64,000 bases of DNA from Bacillota bacterium (lineage in GTDB: Bacteria; Bacillota; Proteinivoracia; UBA4975), in NCBI GenBank assembly GCA_050949165.1, contig JBMNFF010000003.1, positions 235,081 through 299,080 on the forward strand. The letters run 5' to 3'. Positions 17,116 to 27,839 of this stretch are shown here, one piece after another. A program made the translations under genes and the position numbers. Position 1 is the first letter of the stretch; each line of letters opens with the position of its first letter. The notes below the pieces were generated by a model that had not been told where the DNA came from, searched no databases, and saw only the letters and a list, made by a program, of their open reading frames with translations.

Positions 17116-18426
17116 CTAAAATGTTTGAACCACACCTGATTTAATAACCTTGTATGGCCATGCCGTAAAAATTACATCTTTGTAGGGCGAATAATCTACT
17201 GCTGACGGAATTTCGTCTGGATCAACTAGCCTTTTAATCCCCGTATCCATAATCACTGCATCAGCATCGCTACCAATTTGCAGTGTACCTTTCTGAGGGT
17301 ATAGATTAAATAGCTTAGCGGATTCAGTGCTACTAATCCTAACAACGTCTTCCAGCCTTAGGCCACGTTTATGGACGCCCTCGGTGAAAAGGATCGGTAA
17401 GATGTAAGCATTGCCGGGGAGGCCAGCTAAGCCTTCCCAGAGATCTTGCTTGTTTTCCCGGCGCCAGGGGTTATGATCTGAACCCATAATTACTGGGCGG
17501 CCGGAAAGAATGGCTTCCCATAACTTGTCCTGATCCTGCTGCTTTCTGATAGGAGGACTGACCTTACCCAAACTTCCCAGCCCAGAGTCTGTAGTCAGGG
17601 CAAGGTAGTGAGGGCAGGTTTCCAAGATTACATCATCCCCGGCTTCAACGATTAAGTCTGTGGCATCAGCAGAACTGACATGAGCAATGCACAGTTTGCA
17701 TCCTACTTTTTTAGCCAGGTAAATTACCTTGGCTACAGCTTCCCCCTCAACAATTGCTGGGCGTGTAGCTTCCCATATTCCCATATCATGGCGGGATCCG
17801 TCATAAAATTTACCCATGTAGTAGTCAATCATCTCCGGGTTCTCCGCATGGACAATAGGCAGAGCATTGTACTGCTTTAGCTTACTGAATGCCTCTAGAA
17901 GTTGGCCGTCATCCAAGCTGCTAAGCCCACCCAGTTTTAGAGCCTCTTCACCTTTATACGGAAGAAAAATCTTGAAAGACCGCAATCCCAATTCAACATA
18001 CTTGTCTATTTCAGAAAGGTGCAGGTCATTCATCAAGGAGCCATGATAGACCATATCAACCCTGCTATGCTCCTTAGCCATTCTAACCAGACCCGGCAGT
18101 ACCGCACCCATGGATTCTTGAGAAAAAATATAGTTCACCACGCTGGTAATTCCGCCATACAGAGCAGATGCACTTTCAGACTTGTAATATTCTTCCCTAC
18201 TAAATAAACGGGGCTGACCAGGACCGGGCATCTGACCGATGTGAGAATGGCTGTCGATGCCACCCGGCAACACATATCTACCCTGGGCATCGACTATCTT
18301 CTTAGCTGCCACATCTGAATTGCGTCGGGCAAGGTTGACGATCTTCCCGTTCTTAACCCATATATCACCTTCATAAATCCCAAAGGACTCAACGATCTTG
18401 CCATTTTTGATTGCCAGGTCTATCAA
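17116..18426 (-). CDS. Cyclic amidohydrolase (hydantoinase/dihydropyrimidinase/allantoinase superfamily)
   Basis: Beta-sandwich N-terminus followed by LPGGIDSHSH, the metal-binding HxH motif. Length of 436 aa fits the family. Confidence 0.8.
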   Translation of the reverse strand: MIDLAIKNGKIVESFGIYEGDIWVKNGKIVNLARRNSDVAAKKIVDAQGRYVLPGGIDSHSHIGQMPGPGQPRLFSREEYYKSESASALYGGITSVVNYIFSQESMGAVLPGLVRMAKEHSRVDMVYHGSLMNDLHLSEIDKYVELGLRSFKIFLPYKGEEALKLGGLSSLDDGQLLEAFSKLKQYNALPIVHAENPEMIDYYMGKFYDGSRHDMGIWEATRPAIVEGEAVAKVIYLAKKVGCKLCIAHVSSADATDLIVEAGDDVILETCPHYLALTTDSGLGSLGKVSPPIRKQQDQDKLWEAILSGRPVIMGSDHNPWRRENKQDLWEGLAGLPGNAYILPILFTEGVHKRGLRLEDVVRISSTESAKLFNLYPQKGTLQIGSDADAVIMDTGIKRLVDPDEIPSAVDYSPYKDVIFTAWPYKVIKSGVVQTF

Positions 18427-18446
18427 ATATATCCACCTCCAGATTC

Positions 18447-19532
18447 CTATTGTTCGTCATCAATAAATTCGAGGCGAATTCCCGACAGGTTATTGACTAA
18501 ACTAGCCAAGAGAGATACCGCGTCCACAACATCATTAATATCCACTACTTCGCCAGGGGAATGAGCGTACCTCCGGGGAATTGAGACAAAACCCGTGGGA
18601 ATCCCCCTGCCGCTGGTATGAATAGCCGCAGCATCAGTGGTCCAATAACCTACTTCAGCAGAGAGCTGAAGGTGTACTTTGGCTCTTTCAGCAGCTTCCT
18701 GTATCGCGGCTTTTACTGCAGGGTGAATAATAGTCCCCACATACGCGGTTTGCACGCCTTCAATTAATTGAAGAACTGGTCCATCACCGATAGCAAACTT
18801 ATTTCGTCCAGGTTCAATATCGTCGGCAGGAACAGTGTCCAACGCGACGGCAAAATTTGGCATGATCCCCGCGGCAACCATAGCCGCACCGCTCATATTT
18901 GTCTCTTCCCTTACTGAGATCACAACATAGACGTCCCCAGCAGGTGTATCCTTCATTTCCCGCAATAACTCTAGCAAAATGGCGCAACCTACCCTGTCAT
19001 CAATGGCTCGGCCGCATAACCTATCGGAAATGCCAAGCTCTGTAAGTTCGCCGGCAAAGGAAACGGGGGAACCGATATCTATCCCAAGCCTCCGTACTTC
19101 TTCAGGAGAGGCAGCTCCAACATCAATATGCAGCTGATTTATTGGTGTTACTTTACCCTGCTCACCGGGGAGCTCCAGGTGAGCAGGTTTTGCCCCAATC
19201 ACTCCAGGGACTTCACCAACCCAAACCTTGGTGGCGGGCAGCACAGTCTCACTGACAAAGCCGATTTTCCTCATCCGCAAAAGGCCATTGGGCAAAACTT
19301 CGTTTACCACGCCACCGACTTCGTCGGCATGAGCAACCAACATAACGCTTGGGCCTATTCCCAAACCATTCTTCTTGGCAACGACATTGCCAAATACATC
19401 TACACTAATCTCGTCGGCATATTTTGCTAACAATCGCTTCATTTCGCGGACCACCTGTTGCTCGTAACCCGAAACTCCACGAATTGAGCAGAGGTCCTTT
19501 AGCGTTTGAACCAGTCTCCCCTTATCTACCAT
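18447..19532 (-). CDS. M42-family metallohydrolase (FrvX/glutamyl aminopeptidase-like)
   Basis: VSGYE, HADEVG, DDRVGC, REET and RYAHSPGE blocks in M42 order. Confidence 0.8.
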   Translation of the reverse strand: MVDKGRLVQTLKDLCSIRGVSGYEQQVVREMKRLLAKYADEISVDVFGNVVAKKNGLGIGPSVMLVAHADEVGGVVNEVLPNGLLRMRKIGFVSETVLPATKVWVGEVPGVIGAKPAHLELPGEQGKVTPINQLHIDVGAASPEEVRRLGIDIGSPVSFAGELTELGISDRLCGRAIDDRVGCAILLELLREMKDTPAGDVYVVISVREETNMSGAAMVAAGIMPNFAVALDTVPADDIEPGRNKFAIGDGPVLQLIEGVQTAYVGTIIHPAVKAAIQEAAERAKVHLQLSAEVGYWTTDAAAIHTSGRGIPTGFVSIPRRYAHSPGEVVDINDVVDAVSLLASLVNNLSGIRLEFIDDEQ

Positions 19533-20993
19533 TTAACTCTCCTCAATGGCAACCAAGTCATTGTCGGTATACTTTTCCCCGAAAGCGCGCAAAGCCTTTT
19601 CGAAGCAACCCTGGGGAGCTCGTACAATTCCTGCACCCACTAGTCCGTGGCCCGGCTCCTTATGGGCGATTCCAGTATTGATAATGGGAAGAATCCCTGT
19701 ATCGGCGACTCTAACAATGTCTATCCCGGTAGGGGAACCGGCAAAAGAAAGACCCGGCAACCTGTAGTTATTGTTTTTGCCAAGAGTAATTTGGTACATT
19801 TCCCTGGTCATTGCCAAAGCATCTTCTGGGGTCCCGCCAACAAACTGAACGATGGCCGGCGATGATCCCATAACAAAGGCTCCGATTCCCCCGGTTTCGG
19901 TAATTGCGCTATCCCCAATATCCGGGTTTGCATCTTCTTCAGAATAACCTGGGAAGTACAGACCATGGGCAACTGAAGCAGTTTCGGTAAACCACTGGTT
20001 TCCCATTCCGCTTACCTGGATTCCAACCTCTACTCCATTACGGGCCATTGCAGTAACCATTGAGCAGTAGGGAATGTCCTGAGCAGCGACCAAGCAAGCT
20101 TTGCAGGCGGCCATGGCCAGGTTAAGGAAGAAATGCTCGTGATCGCCTAAGAACTTAACAACCTGTCTTACTTTATTTTGAGGGAAGTCGCTGTCTACCA
20201 ATACTGGCGTAGCAATTTTAAAGAATAAATTAGTGACGGCGATGTCCCTGTTATGACATTCATCACCCATCTGTAGAGCCTGGGCGATCATGTTCTTTAG
20301 ATCGATACCGTCCAGTTTTTCAATAACAAGTTTCATGGCCGGTGCGAGGGTCTCTTGCATCCAGATTAAGCGCTCAATAACGTCCTTATCATATGCTCCA
20401 AACCTGAGGGTTCGACCCCATCCTTCATTCATCGTTGAGAAGGCTAGATTGCCGAAGGTTTTATTTTTTACCACCCAAACAGGCATTGAGGGAGATATAA
20501 CTCCCGCCATTGGCCCCACAGCATTTTTCGAATGACATGGCGCATATTTGATTTTTCCGGATCCTGCTAAGGCCACTGCTTCATCCGCGTTTTTTGCTCG
20601 CCCTTCGTAAATCAGGGCGCCAATAACCGCACCTTTCATGGGGCCGCACATATTCTCCCACTCAACAGGGGGGCCAGCGTGTAAAATGGTATTCTCGGTC
20701 ATACCGGGTAGCACTTCTAACGCTGGCTTGACGTCTACTAGTACCGGCTCAGATTCCAACATCCTTGACAGGGCGGTCTGATTAGCATGCTGGACCTTTT
20801 CAGCTACCGTCCCAGGTGTAGAATCAGGTAACAAAGTAGCAACAATCCTTGCTAATTCTGAGTTGCCCCATCCAGGTGGTTTCCAATCAATTAAGTGCAT
20901 ATCTGTGTGTTGTGCAATTGTTTCGCCAATACTTTTTAGCCCTAAATTCAGCACCTTGGGGCGGTTGGTCAGTACACCCTGGAATTTGCTCAT
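19533..20993 (-). CDS. DUF1116 (YlbE-like) protein, FdrA partner
   Basis: Size and position immediately after fdrA, as for E. coli ylbE. ATG at 20993 follows AGGTGG, and the fdrA stop is 1 nt upstream. Confidence 0.7.
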   Translation of the reverse strand: MSKFQGVLTNRPKVLNLGLKSIGETIAQHTDMHLIDWKPPGWGNSELARIVATLLPDSTPGTVAEKVQHANQTALSRMLESEPVLVDVKPALEVLPGMTENTILHAGPPVEWENMCGPMKGAVIGALIYEGRAKNADEAVALAGSGKIKYAPCHSKNAVGPMAGVISPSMPVWVVKNKTFGNLAFSTMNEGWGRTLRFGAYDKDVIERLIWMQETLAPAMKLVIEKLDGIDLKNMIAQALQMGDECHNRDIAVTNLFFKIATPVLVDSDFPQNKVRQVVKFLGDHEHFFLNLAMAACKACLVAAQDIPYCSMVTAMARNGVEVGIQVSGMGNQWFTETASVAHGLYFPGYSEEDANPDIGDSAITETGGIGAFVMGSSPAIVQFVGGTPEDALAMTREMYQITLGKNNNYRLPGLSFAGSPTGIDIVRVADTGILPIINTGIAHKEPGHGLVGAGIVRAPQGCFEKALRAFGEKYTDNDLVAIEES

Positions 20994-20994
20994 A

Positions 20995-22488
20995 TTACTT
21001 TCCACCTTTCCCAGCCCCATCAACTAGTTTAAGGGCAGTCATAACGGCATCGTAGTTGTTGTTACAAACTACCGCTCCGGCTGTCGATAGTTTTTCTGCT
21101 TGGGAAGCGTAACCTTGGACATCTAAATCAGTACCCAGGAGGTTAATCACAACCCTTGGCCCTTCAGGCCGACAAAATTCCCTTATATAGGGAGCTAGCT
21201 CCGAGGCCGGATTCGAGTGGGCTCCATATCCAAGGACAACATCCAACAGGATAACGCCAACATCTGGATTGGACGCCTCTTTCTTAAACATTGCCAACCT
21301 GTCGGTCAAATCGATAATGGGATGAGGTTTCCCTCTAGTGAATTCATCACTGCCCATATCCAGTATCAAATGCATATTGTCCGATTCCCGGCGCATAAAT
21401 TCTGCATTTGTCGCAATACTGCCTAATTCTTTACTGAGAAGCATATAGGCCTCATTTGCCAAAGTACCTCCGGAAAATAGCCCGCGAATATACCTGCCCG
21501 GGGCCTTGGCGTCGCTATCCCCATAGAAACAAGACTCCGCCTCAATACCAGTCGCCAAGCTAGCTGCTTCTGCTAAAGTGTTGGCAAACTGAACCTTTCC
21601 ATACCTCTGTCCAGGAGCCATCCCCTGAAGACAGGCAATGACCTTTTTGGTACACTGAGCAAACTCATTTAAAATATGATCTGCCACTCTCTGAGACGGG
21701 AATTTAGAAACCAGAATAATAGTATCGGTACTATCATCGGCCTCCAGTGCGGCCAAGGCCGATCGGGTGCTTAGACCTTCGACAGCATCAGTCAGGTCCC
21801 GTCCACCGGTCCCGATGATATGGGAGATTCCACTACCCTGTTTATGAATCTGAGTCATAATTTCCTGAATACCGGTGCCAGAGGAACCCACGATACCAAT
21901 GCTCCCCCGACGGACCTGATTTACAAAGCCGAAGGGGACACCGTCAATGTAAGCTGTGCCACAGTCAGGACCCATTAGGATTAATCCCTTGCGCCATGCG
22001 TACTTTTTCAGTTGGATCTCGTCCATTAGCGATACGTTATCACTGAACAAAAAAACATTTAAGTTACTTTTTAATGCCTTTAAGGCTTCTGCAGCTGCAA
22101 ATTCACCCGGGACGGATATTGCCACCATATTTACTTCAGGATGCTCTTGAACCGCCATCCTAATACTACTATATTTCAATTTAGCCCCTGGCTGAGAAGA
22201 GTTGGTATCAAGATCAGGAGCAGCCATAAGCTTGTCCACAAGTTCAACGGCTTTGCTAGCAACTGATTTACTTTCTGCGTCAAAGGCTATTATTAAATCA
22301 CTGGGTTTAGCATCCTGCACCTCTGGCAAGAACAGTCCCGATTCCTTCAAGACATTCTTATTCTGGGGAGTGCCCATTACCACTGCAGCTTGATTTATTC
22401 CAGGCAGTTTGCTGACGTGGGACGATATGCGCATTAATGCAACTGAATCCTGGTACATGTTAGATTTGATTAATACTTGTACTGCCAC
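20995..22488 (-). CDS. fdrA: FdrA-family protein (succinyl-CoA-synthetase-alpha-like fold)
   Basis: N-terminus MYQDSVALMRIS and CoA-ligase-like Gly-rich segments (IGIVGSSGTGIQE, IIGTGGRD). Confidence 0.8.
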   Translation of the reverse strand: MAVQVLIKSNMYQDSVALMRISSHVSKLPGINQAAVVMGTPQNKNVLKESGLFLPEVQDAKPSDLIIAFDAESKSVASKAVELVDKLMAAPDLDTNSSQPGAKLKYSSIRMAVQEHPEVNMVAISVPGEFAAAEALKALKSNLNVFLFSDNVSLMDEIQLKKYAWRKGLILMGPDCGTAYIDGVPFGFVNQVRRGSIGIVGSSGTGIQEIMTQIHKQGSGISHIIGTGGRDLTDAVEGLSTRSALAALEADDSTDTIILVSKFPSQRVADHILNEFAQCTKKVIACLQGMAPGQRYGKVQFANTLAEAASLATGIEAESCFYGDSDAKAPGRYIRGLFSGGTLANEAYMLLSKELGSIATNAEFMRRESDNMHLILDMGSDEFTRGKPHPIIDLTDRLAMFKKEASNPDVGVILLDVVLGYGAHSNPASELAPYIREFCRPEGPRVVINLLGTDLDVQGYASQAEKLSTAGAVVCNNNYDAVMTALKLVDGAGKGGK

Positions 22489-22514
22489 TACTATTCACCA
22501 CGCTTATAATTAAT

Positions 22515-23321
22515 TTACGCTAGCGAGTACTGGAATGGAATAATCCCAGTAAAAACTAGCGTGTACCATGCAACAACGGCAACAGCACATATGATACAGA
22601 TTAGTCTACATGTAGATGTCATCGATATCTCATCAACATAAACCCTGTAGGGGTGCGCACCAAATCCTCTGCTCTCCATTGAATGAGTAGTTACCGATGC
22701 ACCCCGCAAACTTCTAATTAACAGCGGAACCGTAAAACGCTTAATGTTCTCCAGTTTACCTCTTATTCCTGCTTTATTCCCAACACCTCGGACTGAGTGT
22801 GCTTCATTTATACACCTTGCCTCCTTTTCAATAAGAGGTATAATTCTTAACGCTATGAAGAATGCGTAAGGAATTTTATAGGGAATATTAAGTATCTGTA
22901 CAAATGATACTACGAGGTCCCTTGGATGCGTTGTGCGGATAAAAATGAAAGAGGCGAGAAATATAGTGAAGATTCTTAGGGAAACAGCTGCCGCGTAGTC
23001 AACTACTTCGTAGTATATTATCTTATTTCCAATGCGAAGTAGTTCAATATCGCCTTGTATTTTTAGCATCCACGTTTGGATTAAGAAAAACGCAACACAG
23101 GCTAAAATTAACCACTTAGTTGCCCGCCAAACATCTGAAAACGATAATCTAGCAAAAACAAATGCACAAATTAAGGTAAAGAGCAAAAAAGCAAATTGAA
23201 CTGCCCCAATGAAGCTACCAAATGCCAGAAAAGATATTGCAAGCAACACTACAGTCTTAGTTACAGCGTCCATGTGATGAATAAAGGAATTGCCCTTCCG
23301 ATACTGAAATATTACTTCCAT
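22515..23321 (-). CDS. ECF transporter T component (EcfT/CbiQ/YkoC-like)
   Basis: 268-aa polytopic protein directly downstream of the duplicated ATPase, with CbiQ-type Arg-rich coupling-helix segments. Confidence 0.8.
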   Translation of the reverse strand: MEVIFQYRKGNSFIHHMDAVTKTVVLLAISFLAFGSFIGAVQFAFLLFTLICAFVFARLSFSDVWRATKWLILACVAFFLIQTWMLKIQGDIELLRIGNKIIYYEVVDYAAAVSLRIFTIFLASFIFIRTTHPRDLVVSFVQILNIPYKIPYAFFIALRIIPLIEKEARCINEAHSVRGVGNKAGIRGKLENIKRFTVPLLIRSLRGASVTTHSMESRGFGAHPYRVYVDEISMTSTCRLICIICAVAVVAWYTLVFTGIIPFQYSLA

Positions 23322-23323
23322 TC

Positions 23324-25066
23324 TTATTCACCCTCAATCGAAAACAATTTCATAAAGTTGTCTACTGTGTAGACCGTTTTTGGCAAATTATGACCCGATT
23401 TATCAAGTTTGTGCATCAATGTAGAAACCGGTGGCGCTAATAAACAGGCCTTCTCTAATAAGCTTTCCTGGATAAACACATTGTCAATTAAGCCATCATA
23501 TAAGACGTTGGACTCAGACATTACAAATGCTCTATCAACCCATTTACTAACAAGTCTCATATCATGTGAAATTATTATTATGGTCTTTCCAGATTTATTA
23601 AGCTTATCAAGGTAACCCATTAAAAGGTCTGAACTAGTCTGATCCTGCCCAATAGTTGGTTCATCGAGAATAATCACATCCTGATCAAGGATTAGCATGG
23701 TCGCAACACTGAGAAGTCGCCGTTGTCCCATGCTTAAAGAAAATGGTGATGCCTCCTTGTGTTTACTAAGGTTAAACAGGTCTAATACTGAATTAACTCT
23801 TTCTTCGATTATGTTTTCAGATGTTTTCCTCACCCGCAAACTATACGCTACTTCATCATAGACAGTATCGGCTACAAACTGGTGATCAGGACTTTGGAAC
23901 ACATAACCAATGGTATCTGTAAGCTCGAAATTTGATAAATCAACAATATCTTTACCTTTTATAAAGACCTTGCCCCGAGGAACTTTATTTATTTTCATTA
24001 GCACTTTGGCAAGGGTTGATTTACCGGAGCCGTTTTTTCCTAGAATTGACAAAAAATCTTTGGGAAAGACACGCAGGTTTACATTTGATAGGGCTTGCCT
24101 TTCATTTGCGGCGTATATAAAGGTCAAATCTTTAACCTCTATTAAAGGCAACTCATCTGGTTCCTTGTATTCTGTAATTGCATAGTCTAATCTTGGTATG
24201 ATGGTTTGAGATTTGAGAGCAGAATCAATTGAAGGTATTGCCTCATCTACGGTTAGAGGAACCTTTTCAAAACTAATAATGTTGCCAGCTCTAATGGCTA
24301 ACTCGCTAACTTGTGGTGTCCAAAGTCCTAGTTCTTTAGATGCTTTACTGAATTCTTTACTAAATATTTGACGCGGCTCACCAACAGCCAATATCCTGCC
24401 GTCTTTCATTACAACAACTTTGTTAATCATCCGTGCAAGATGGTCAACCTCATGTTCGATAACTACTACAGTCATCTGATAATCTTTATTTAGCTTCTCC
24501 AAAATATTAAACACATCAAGCTTAGTTTGAGGGTCAAGGTTAGCGGTCGGTTGATCCAATACTATAATCTCTGGTTCCATAGCTAAGATAGCTGCAATAG
24601 CAACTTTTTGTTTTTGACCACCCGACAATTGAAAAAGCCCTTCATCCATTAAAGAAGTAATTTCAACCAGCTTCATAGCCCTTGAGGCATTCTCAATTAT
24701 TTTCTCCCTAGGGAAAATAAGATTTTCTGGGCCAAAATAGATTTCATCTTTCACCATAACATTTATAAGTTGGGATTCTGGATCTTGAAATACAAGCCCA
24801 ACTTTGGAGGCGAGTTCGCTTAACGCGACCTCTTTTGTATTACACCCCGAAATGATGACATCTCCTTGCAGGTCACCTTCAAACAAATTTGGAATCGAGC
24901 CGTTAAGTAAATTTGCTAAAGTACTCTTTCCTGAGCTACTTGGTCCCAGGATTAATACAAAGTCTCCTTTGTCTATTTCTAAGTTGATATCTTTTAAGGA
25001 AGGACTAGAATCGCCTAAATATGTGAAACTGACATTTTCGATCTTTATGATTGGTTCTATTGTCAT
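23324..25066 (-). CDS. Duplicated ABC ATPase of an ECF transporter (YkoD-like A-A fusion)
   Basis: Two Walker A motifs (GPSSSGKST, GKNGSGKST), two signature motifs (LSGGQKQ, LSMGQRR) and two Walker B motifs (IIVLDQPT, VIILDEPT). Confidence 0.9.
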   Translation of the reverse strand: MTIEPIIKIENVSFTYLGDSSPSLKDINLEIDKGDFVLILGPSSSGKSTLANLLNGSIPNLFEGDLQGDVIISGCNTKEVALSELASKVGLVFQDPESQLINVMVKDEIYFGPENLIFPREKIIENASRAMKLVEITSLMDEGLFQLSGGQKQKVAIAAILAMEPEIIVLDQPTANLDPQTKLDVFNILEKLNKDYQMTVVVIEHEVDHLARMINKVVVMKDGRILAVGEPRQIFSKEFSKASKELGLWTPQVSELAIRAGNIISFEKVPLTVDEAIPSIDSALKSQTIIPRLDYAITEYKEPDELPLIEVKDLTFIYAANERQALSNVNLRVFPKDFLSILGKNGSGKSTLAKVLMKINKVPRGKVFIKGKDIVDLSNFELTDTIGYVFQSPDHQFVADTVYDEVAYSLRVRKTSENIIEERVNSVLDLFNLSKHKEASPFSLSMGQRRLLSVATMLILDQDVIILDEPTIGQDQTSSDLLMGYLDKLNKSGKTIIIISHDMRLVSKWVDRAFVMSESNVLYDGLIDNVFIQESLLEKACLLAPPVSTLMHKLDKSGHNLPKTVYTVDNFMKLFSIEGE

Positions 25067-25134
25067 GGATTTCTCTCCTCAACAAACTTAATAACAGGAA
25101 CAGGGATGAGAGAAAAAATTAGATTATTTAATAA

Positions 25135-25743
25135 CTAGCCTCTAACCTCTTTATCTAACATGGTTCCACGTAGGACACCGGCTTTAGCAACTGCATTGAA
25201 TATAACCATACCGACTAAGCCAAAAACAGCCCCACTTATAGCCCTAACTACCCAGGCTATAATATTAAACCAAAGGCTAATTTCTAGCATTCCGAAAAAG
25301 TATGCATCAATCCATGTGCCAAGAAAAGAGCTAAAGACACCTGCTAGCGCAACCTGAAACGGGCCCCATTTTTTGTATCCGAAAATTGCATACGCAGCGT
25401 CGGCTCCAAATCCTTGTAAGAATGTTGTAATCAAAACGATCACACCATTGGGGTTTCCTGTTAAAACTTGGGCTACACCGCTAATCACTTCTCCTAGCGT
25501 GGAAGCACCAGGTTTTCTGACAATATATCCCCCCAGAACACCTGCCAGATAAAACCACCCCAAAATTAGAGCGAATCCTATCCAACCATATGTCCCAAGA
25601 GCAGTCATAAAAAATCTGCCTAGGAATACCATAGGGGTTCCACCAACGCCAAAGACAATACCTACTACTGCTAAAATAACAATTTCGCCAGTAGTAAATG
25701 CCTTAAAGAAACCTTTCTTGCCTTCTTTTTTTTCAGCTGCCAT
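25135..25743 (-). CDS. ECF transporter S component, YkoE family
   Basis: VRKPGASTLGEVISGVAQVLTGNPNG closely resembles the B. subtilis YkoE block IRKPGAALVSEIIAALVECLLGNPSG (from memory). Gene order is S, then AA, then T, as in ykoEDC. Confidence 0.75.
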   Translation of the reverse strand: MAAEKKEGKKGFFKAFTTGEIVILAVVGIVFGVGGTPMVFLGRFFMTALGTYGWIGFALILGWFYLAGVLGGYIVRKPGASTLGEVISGVAQVLTGNPNGVIVLITTFLQGFGADAAYAIFGYKKWGPFQVALAGVFSSFLGTWIDAYFFGMLEISLWFNIIAWVVRAISGAVFGLVGMVIFNAVAKAGVLRGTMLDKEVRG

Positions 25744-25781
25744 GTGTTTCCCCTCCTATTCCCTCATCCCTGAACTAAACT

Positions 25782-26855
25782 TTATGGCTTAATTGCTACA
25801 CGAATGGTGCTACCATTATTGTTCATATAAAAATTCATTGCCTCATCAGCTTTTTCTAATGGGTAAACATGAGTAACCAATTTTTCTACGGGATATTTGC
25901 GTGAGTTTATAATTTTAACAGCTGGCTCAGTATCCCATGATTGGCCTAAACCACCAATAACCTTTAGCTCCTTAAAGACAATAATGTCAGTCGTCAGAGC
26001 ATTTCTTTCGAAACCGCATGTGCCTACCATAATATATCTCGCTGCAGGGCGCGCTAAGTGGATACCTAATTCCATCATTGCTTCTGCCCCTGTTGTCTCG
26101 ATCACAACATCTGCTAATTTTCCCTGAGTGAGACAATTTACCATTTCAACGGGATCGTCTTTGGTAATATCGACTACGTAATCAGCACCATATTCCTTGG
26201 CCAAAGCCCATTTTTCAGGATTTCGGGTCCGTCCTAGTATTATAATCGGGTATGCCCCCGCCTCTTTGGCTGCGATAATTGATGTTAATCCTTGAGCACC
26301 AGGACCAATAATTACTACTGACTCGCCAAATTTAACTTGACCCAATGTTCGAACCCAGCGTACGCCATTTCCCAAAACAGAGGACATACATGCTGCTTCG
26401 TCAGGAACATCAGTTTCAATTTTATGAACCTTTGACCCAGGTGCAACATACATATACTCAGCATATGCTCCCCACAAGTACGGCTCTTCAGATGAGGTAA
26501 TGTTTACACCGTATACCTTACTATGTTCGCAGAACTGATATAGGCTATTTAAGCAGTAGTAGCACTTCCCACAAACTATATATGGTTCAATAGTAACTTT
26601 GTCACCAACATCCGCTGTATACATTTGCTTGGCTATTGAACCAATTTTATATACCGTTCCAACTAATTCATGACCTAATATTAAAGGGTAGTGAGTTTTT
26701 TGGTTCTTACCTTCATATTCGATCGGATCTCCACCACAGATACCCACCATATCAATTTTAATAATCATACCTTCTGGTGTAATATCAGGCATTGGGAACG
26801 TTTTCATTACCATTTTCCTTGGAGCTTCTAGAACCATCGCCTTTACTTGATCCAT
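25782..26855 (-). CDS. Zn-dependent medium-chain alcohol/polyol dehydrogenase
   Basis: GICGGD catalytic Zn ligand, GHELVG, structural Zn Cys cluster (CGKCYYCLNSLYQFC) and GPGAQG Rossmann motif. Confidence 0.85.
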   Translation of the reverse strand: MDQVKAMVLEAPRKMVMKTFPMPDITPEGMIIKIDMVGICGGDPIEYEGKNQKTHYPLILGHELVGTVYKIGSIAKQMYTADVGDKVTIEPYIVCGKCYYCLNSLYQFCEHSKVYGVNITSSEEPYLWGAYAEYMYVAPGSKVHKIETDVPDEAACMSSVLGNGVRWVRTLGQVKFGESVVIIGPGAQGLTSIIAAKEAGAYPIIILGRTRNPEKWALAKEYGADYVVDITKDDPVEMVNCLTQGKLADVVIETTGAEAMMELGIHLARPAARYIMVGTCGFERNALTTDIIVFKELKVIGGLGQSWDTEPAVKIINSRKYPVEKLVTHVYPLEKADEAMNFYMNNNGSTIRVAIKP

Positions 26856-26972
26856 GTGTATCCTCCTTTATTCCTGTTAAATAACTTGAACTACTAACCA
26901 ACTTATAATGCTCCCCGTTGTCAAGACACAAAATTTATTTTGTAAGTTGTCCTCCTTTCTACATTTGAATTT

Positions 26973-27839
26973 TCAGGCAGCCATGCTGCCATTGTAAACT
27001 TCCGCGGGGCAAAAACCATTAATCGATGAATGGGGCCGGTAGGTGTTGTATGTGTGTATGTAATCGTTGAGGGCGATCCTGAGCTCTCTGGGGCTATTAA
27101 ATTCATTGATGTAAACGCAATCATATTTGATTGTCCGGAACACCCTTTCTGTCCTTACGTTGTCTAGGGCTTGTCCCTTTCCATCCATCGAGATTTTAAT
27201 CCCGTTTGCCTCGAGCAGGCTCAGATAGTCTGGGTTGGTGAAATGTGACCCCTGATCACTGTTCATTATCTCTGGCCGCCTGGTCCTAAAGGCGCGTTTT
27301 AAGCAGGTCATGACAAAGCTCTTCTCCAAGGTGCTGGATAGCTCGAAGTCTACTATGCACCGGCTATACCAGTCGATTATCACAAATAAGTACATAAAGC
27401 CATTTTTAATGGGGACATAGGTGATATCTACCCCCCACACCTGGTCTGCACGGTTGATGTCCAGGTTTCTTAGAAGATATGGCTGAACATATTGGGCGTG
27501 GTACCGCTTGCTCAGATTTGGCTTAGGAAAAATGGTGTAGATACCCATGGCGCGCATCATCCGGCGCACCTTTTTGCGGTTAATCTTTAGGTGGTCATCC
27601 CTCCTCAGAATCCTCGTGATAGTGCGATACCCCCATGTAGGATAGGCAGTATGGAGCTCGTCGATCCTTCGCATTATATGCAAATCCTCAGCACTAATGG
27701 TTTTAGGGCGAGCCTGGCGATAAAAGCTGGTACGGTTAATCCCTAGGAGCTCTGCCTGGCGCTTGATGGTAATAGGGAAGTCGGTATCAACGAGACTTTT
27801 TCTTCCAGCTGGGTCCGATGATTTCCTCAGATTTTTTTT
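26973..27839 (-). CDS. IS3-family OrfB (rve integrase-core DDE), expressed by recoding from orfA
   Basis: The reading frame opens at the T9/A9 run. Motifs: DQVWGVDITY, DWYSR, NSDQGSHF, and the E in NVRTERVFRTIK. Confidence 0.8.
   Translation of the reverse strand, partial: KKNLRKSSDPAGRKSLVDTDFPITIKRQAELLGINRTSFYRQARPKTISAEDLHIMRRIDELHTAYPTWGYRTITRILRRDDHLKINRKKVRRMMRAMGIYTIFPKPNLSKRYHAQYVQPYLLRNLDINRADQVWGVDITYVPIKNGFMYLFVIIDWYSRCIVDFELSSTLEKSFVMTCLKRAFRTRRPEIMNSDQGSHFTNPDYLSLLEANGIKISMDGKGQALDNVRTERVFRTIKYDCVYINEFNSPRELRIALNDYIHTYNTYRPHSSINGFCPAEVYNGSMAA

Noticed and set aside
25744-25781. TPP riboswitch upstream of the YkoE-like S component
   Set aside because: Only 38 nt separate it from the preceding stop codon, which is too short for a THI-box aptamer. 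The gene is internal to an operon.
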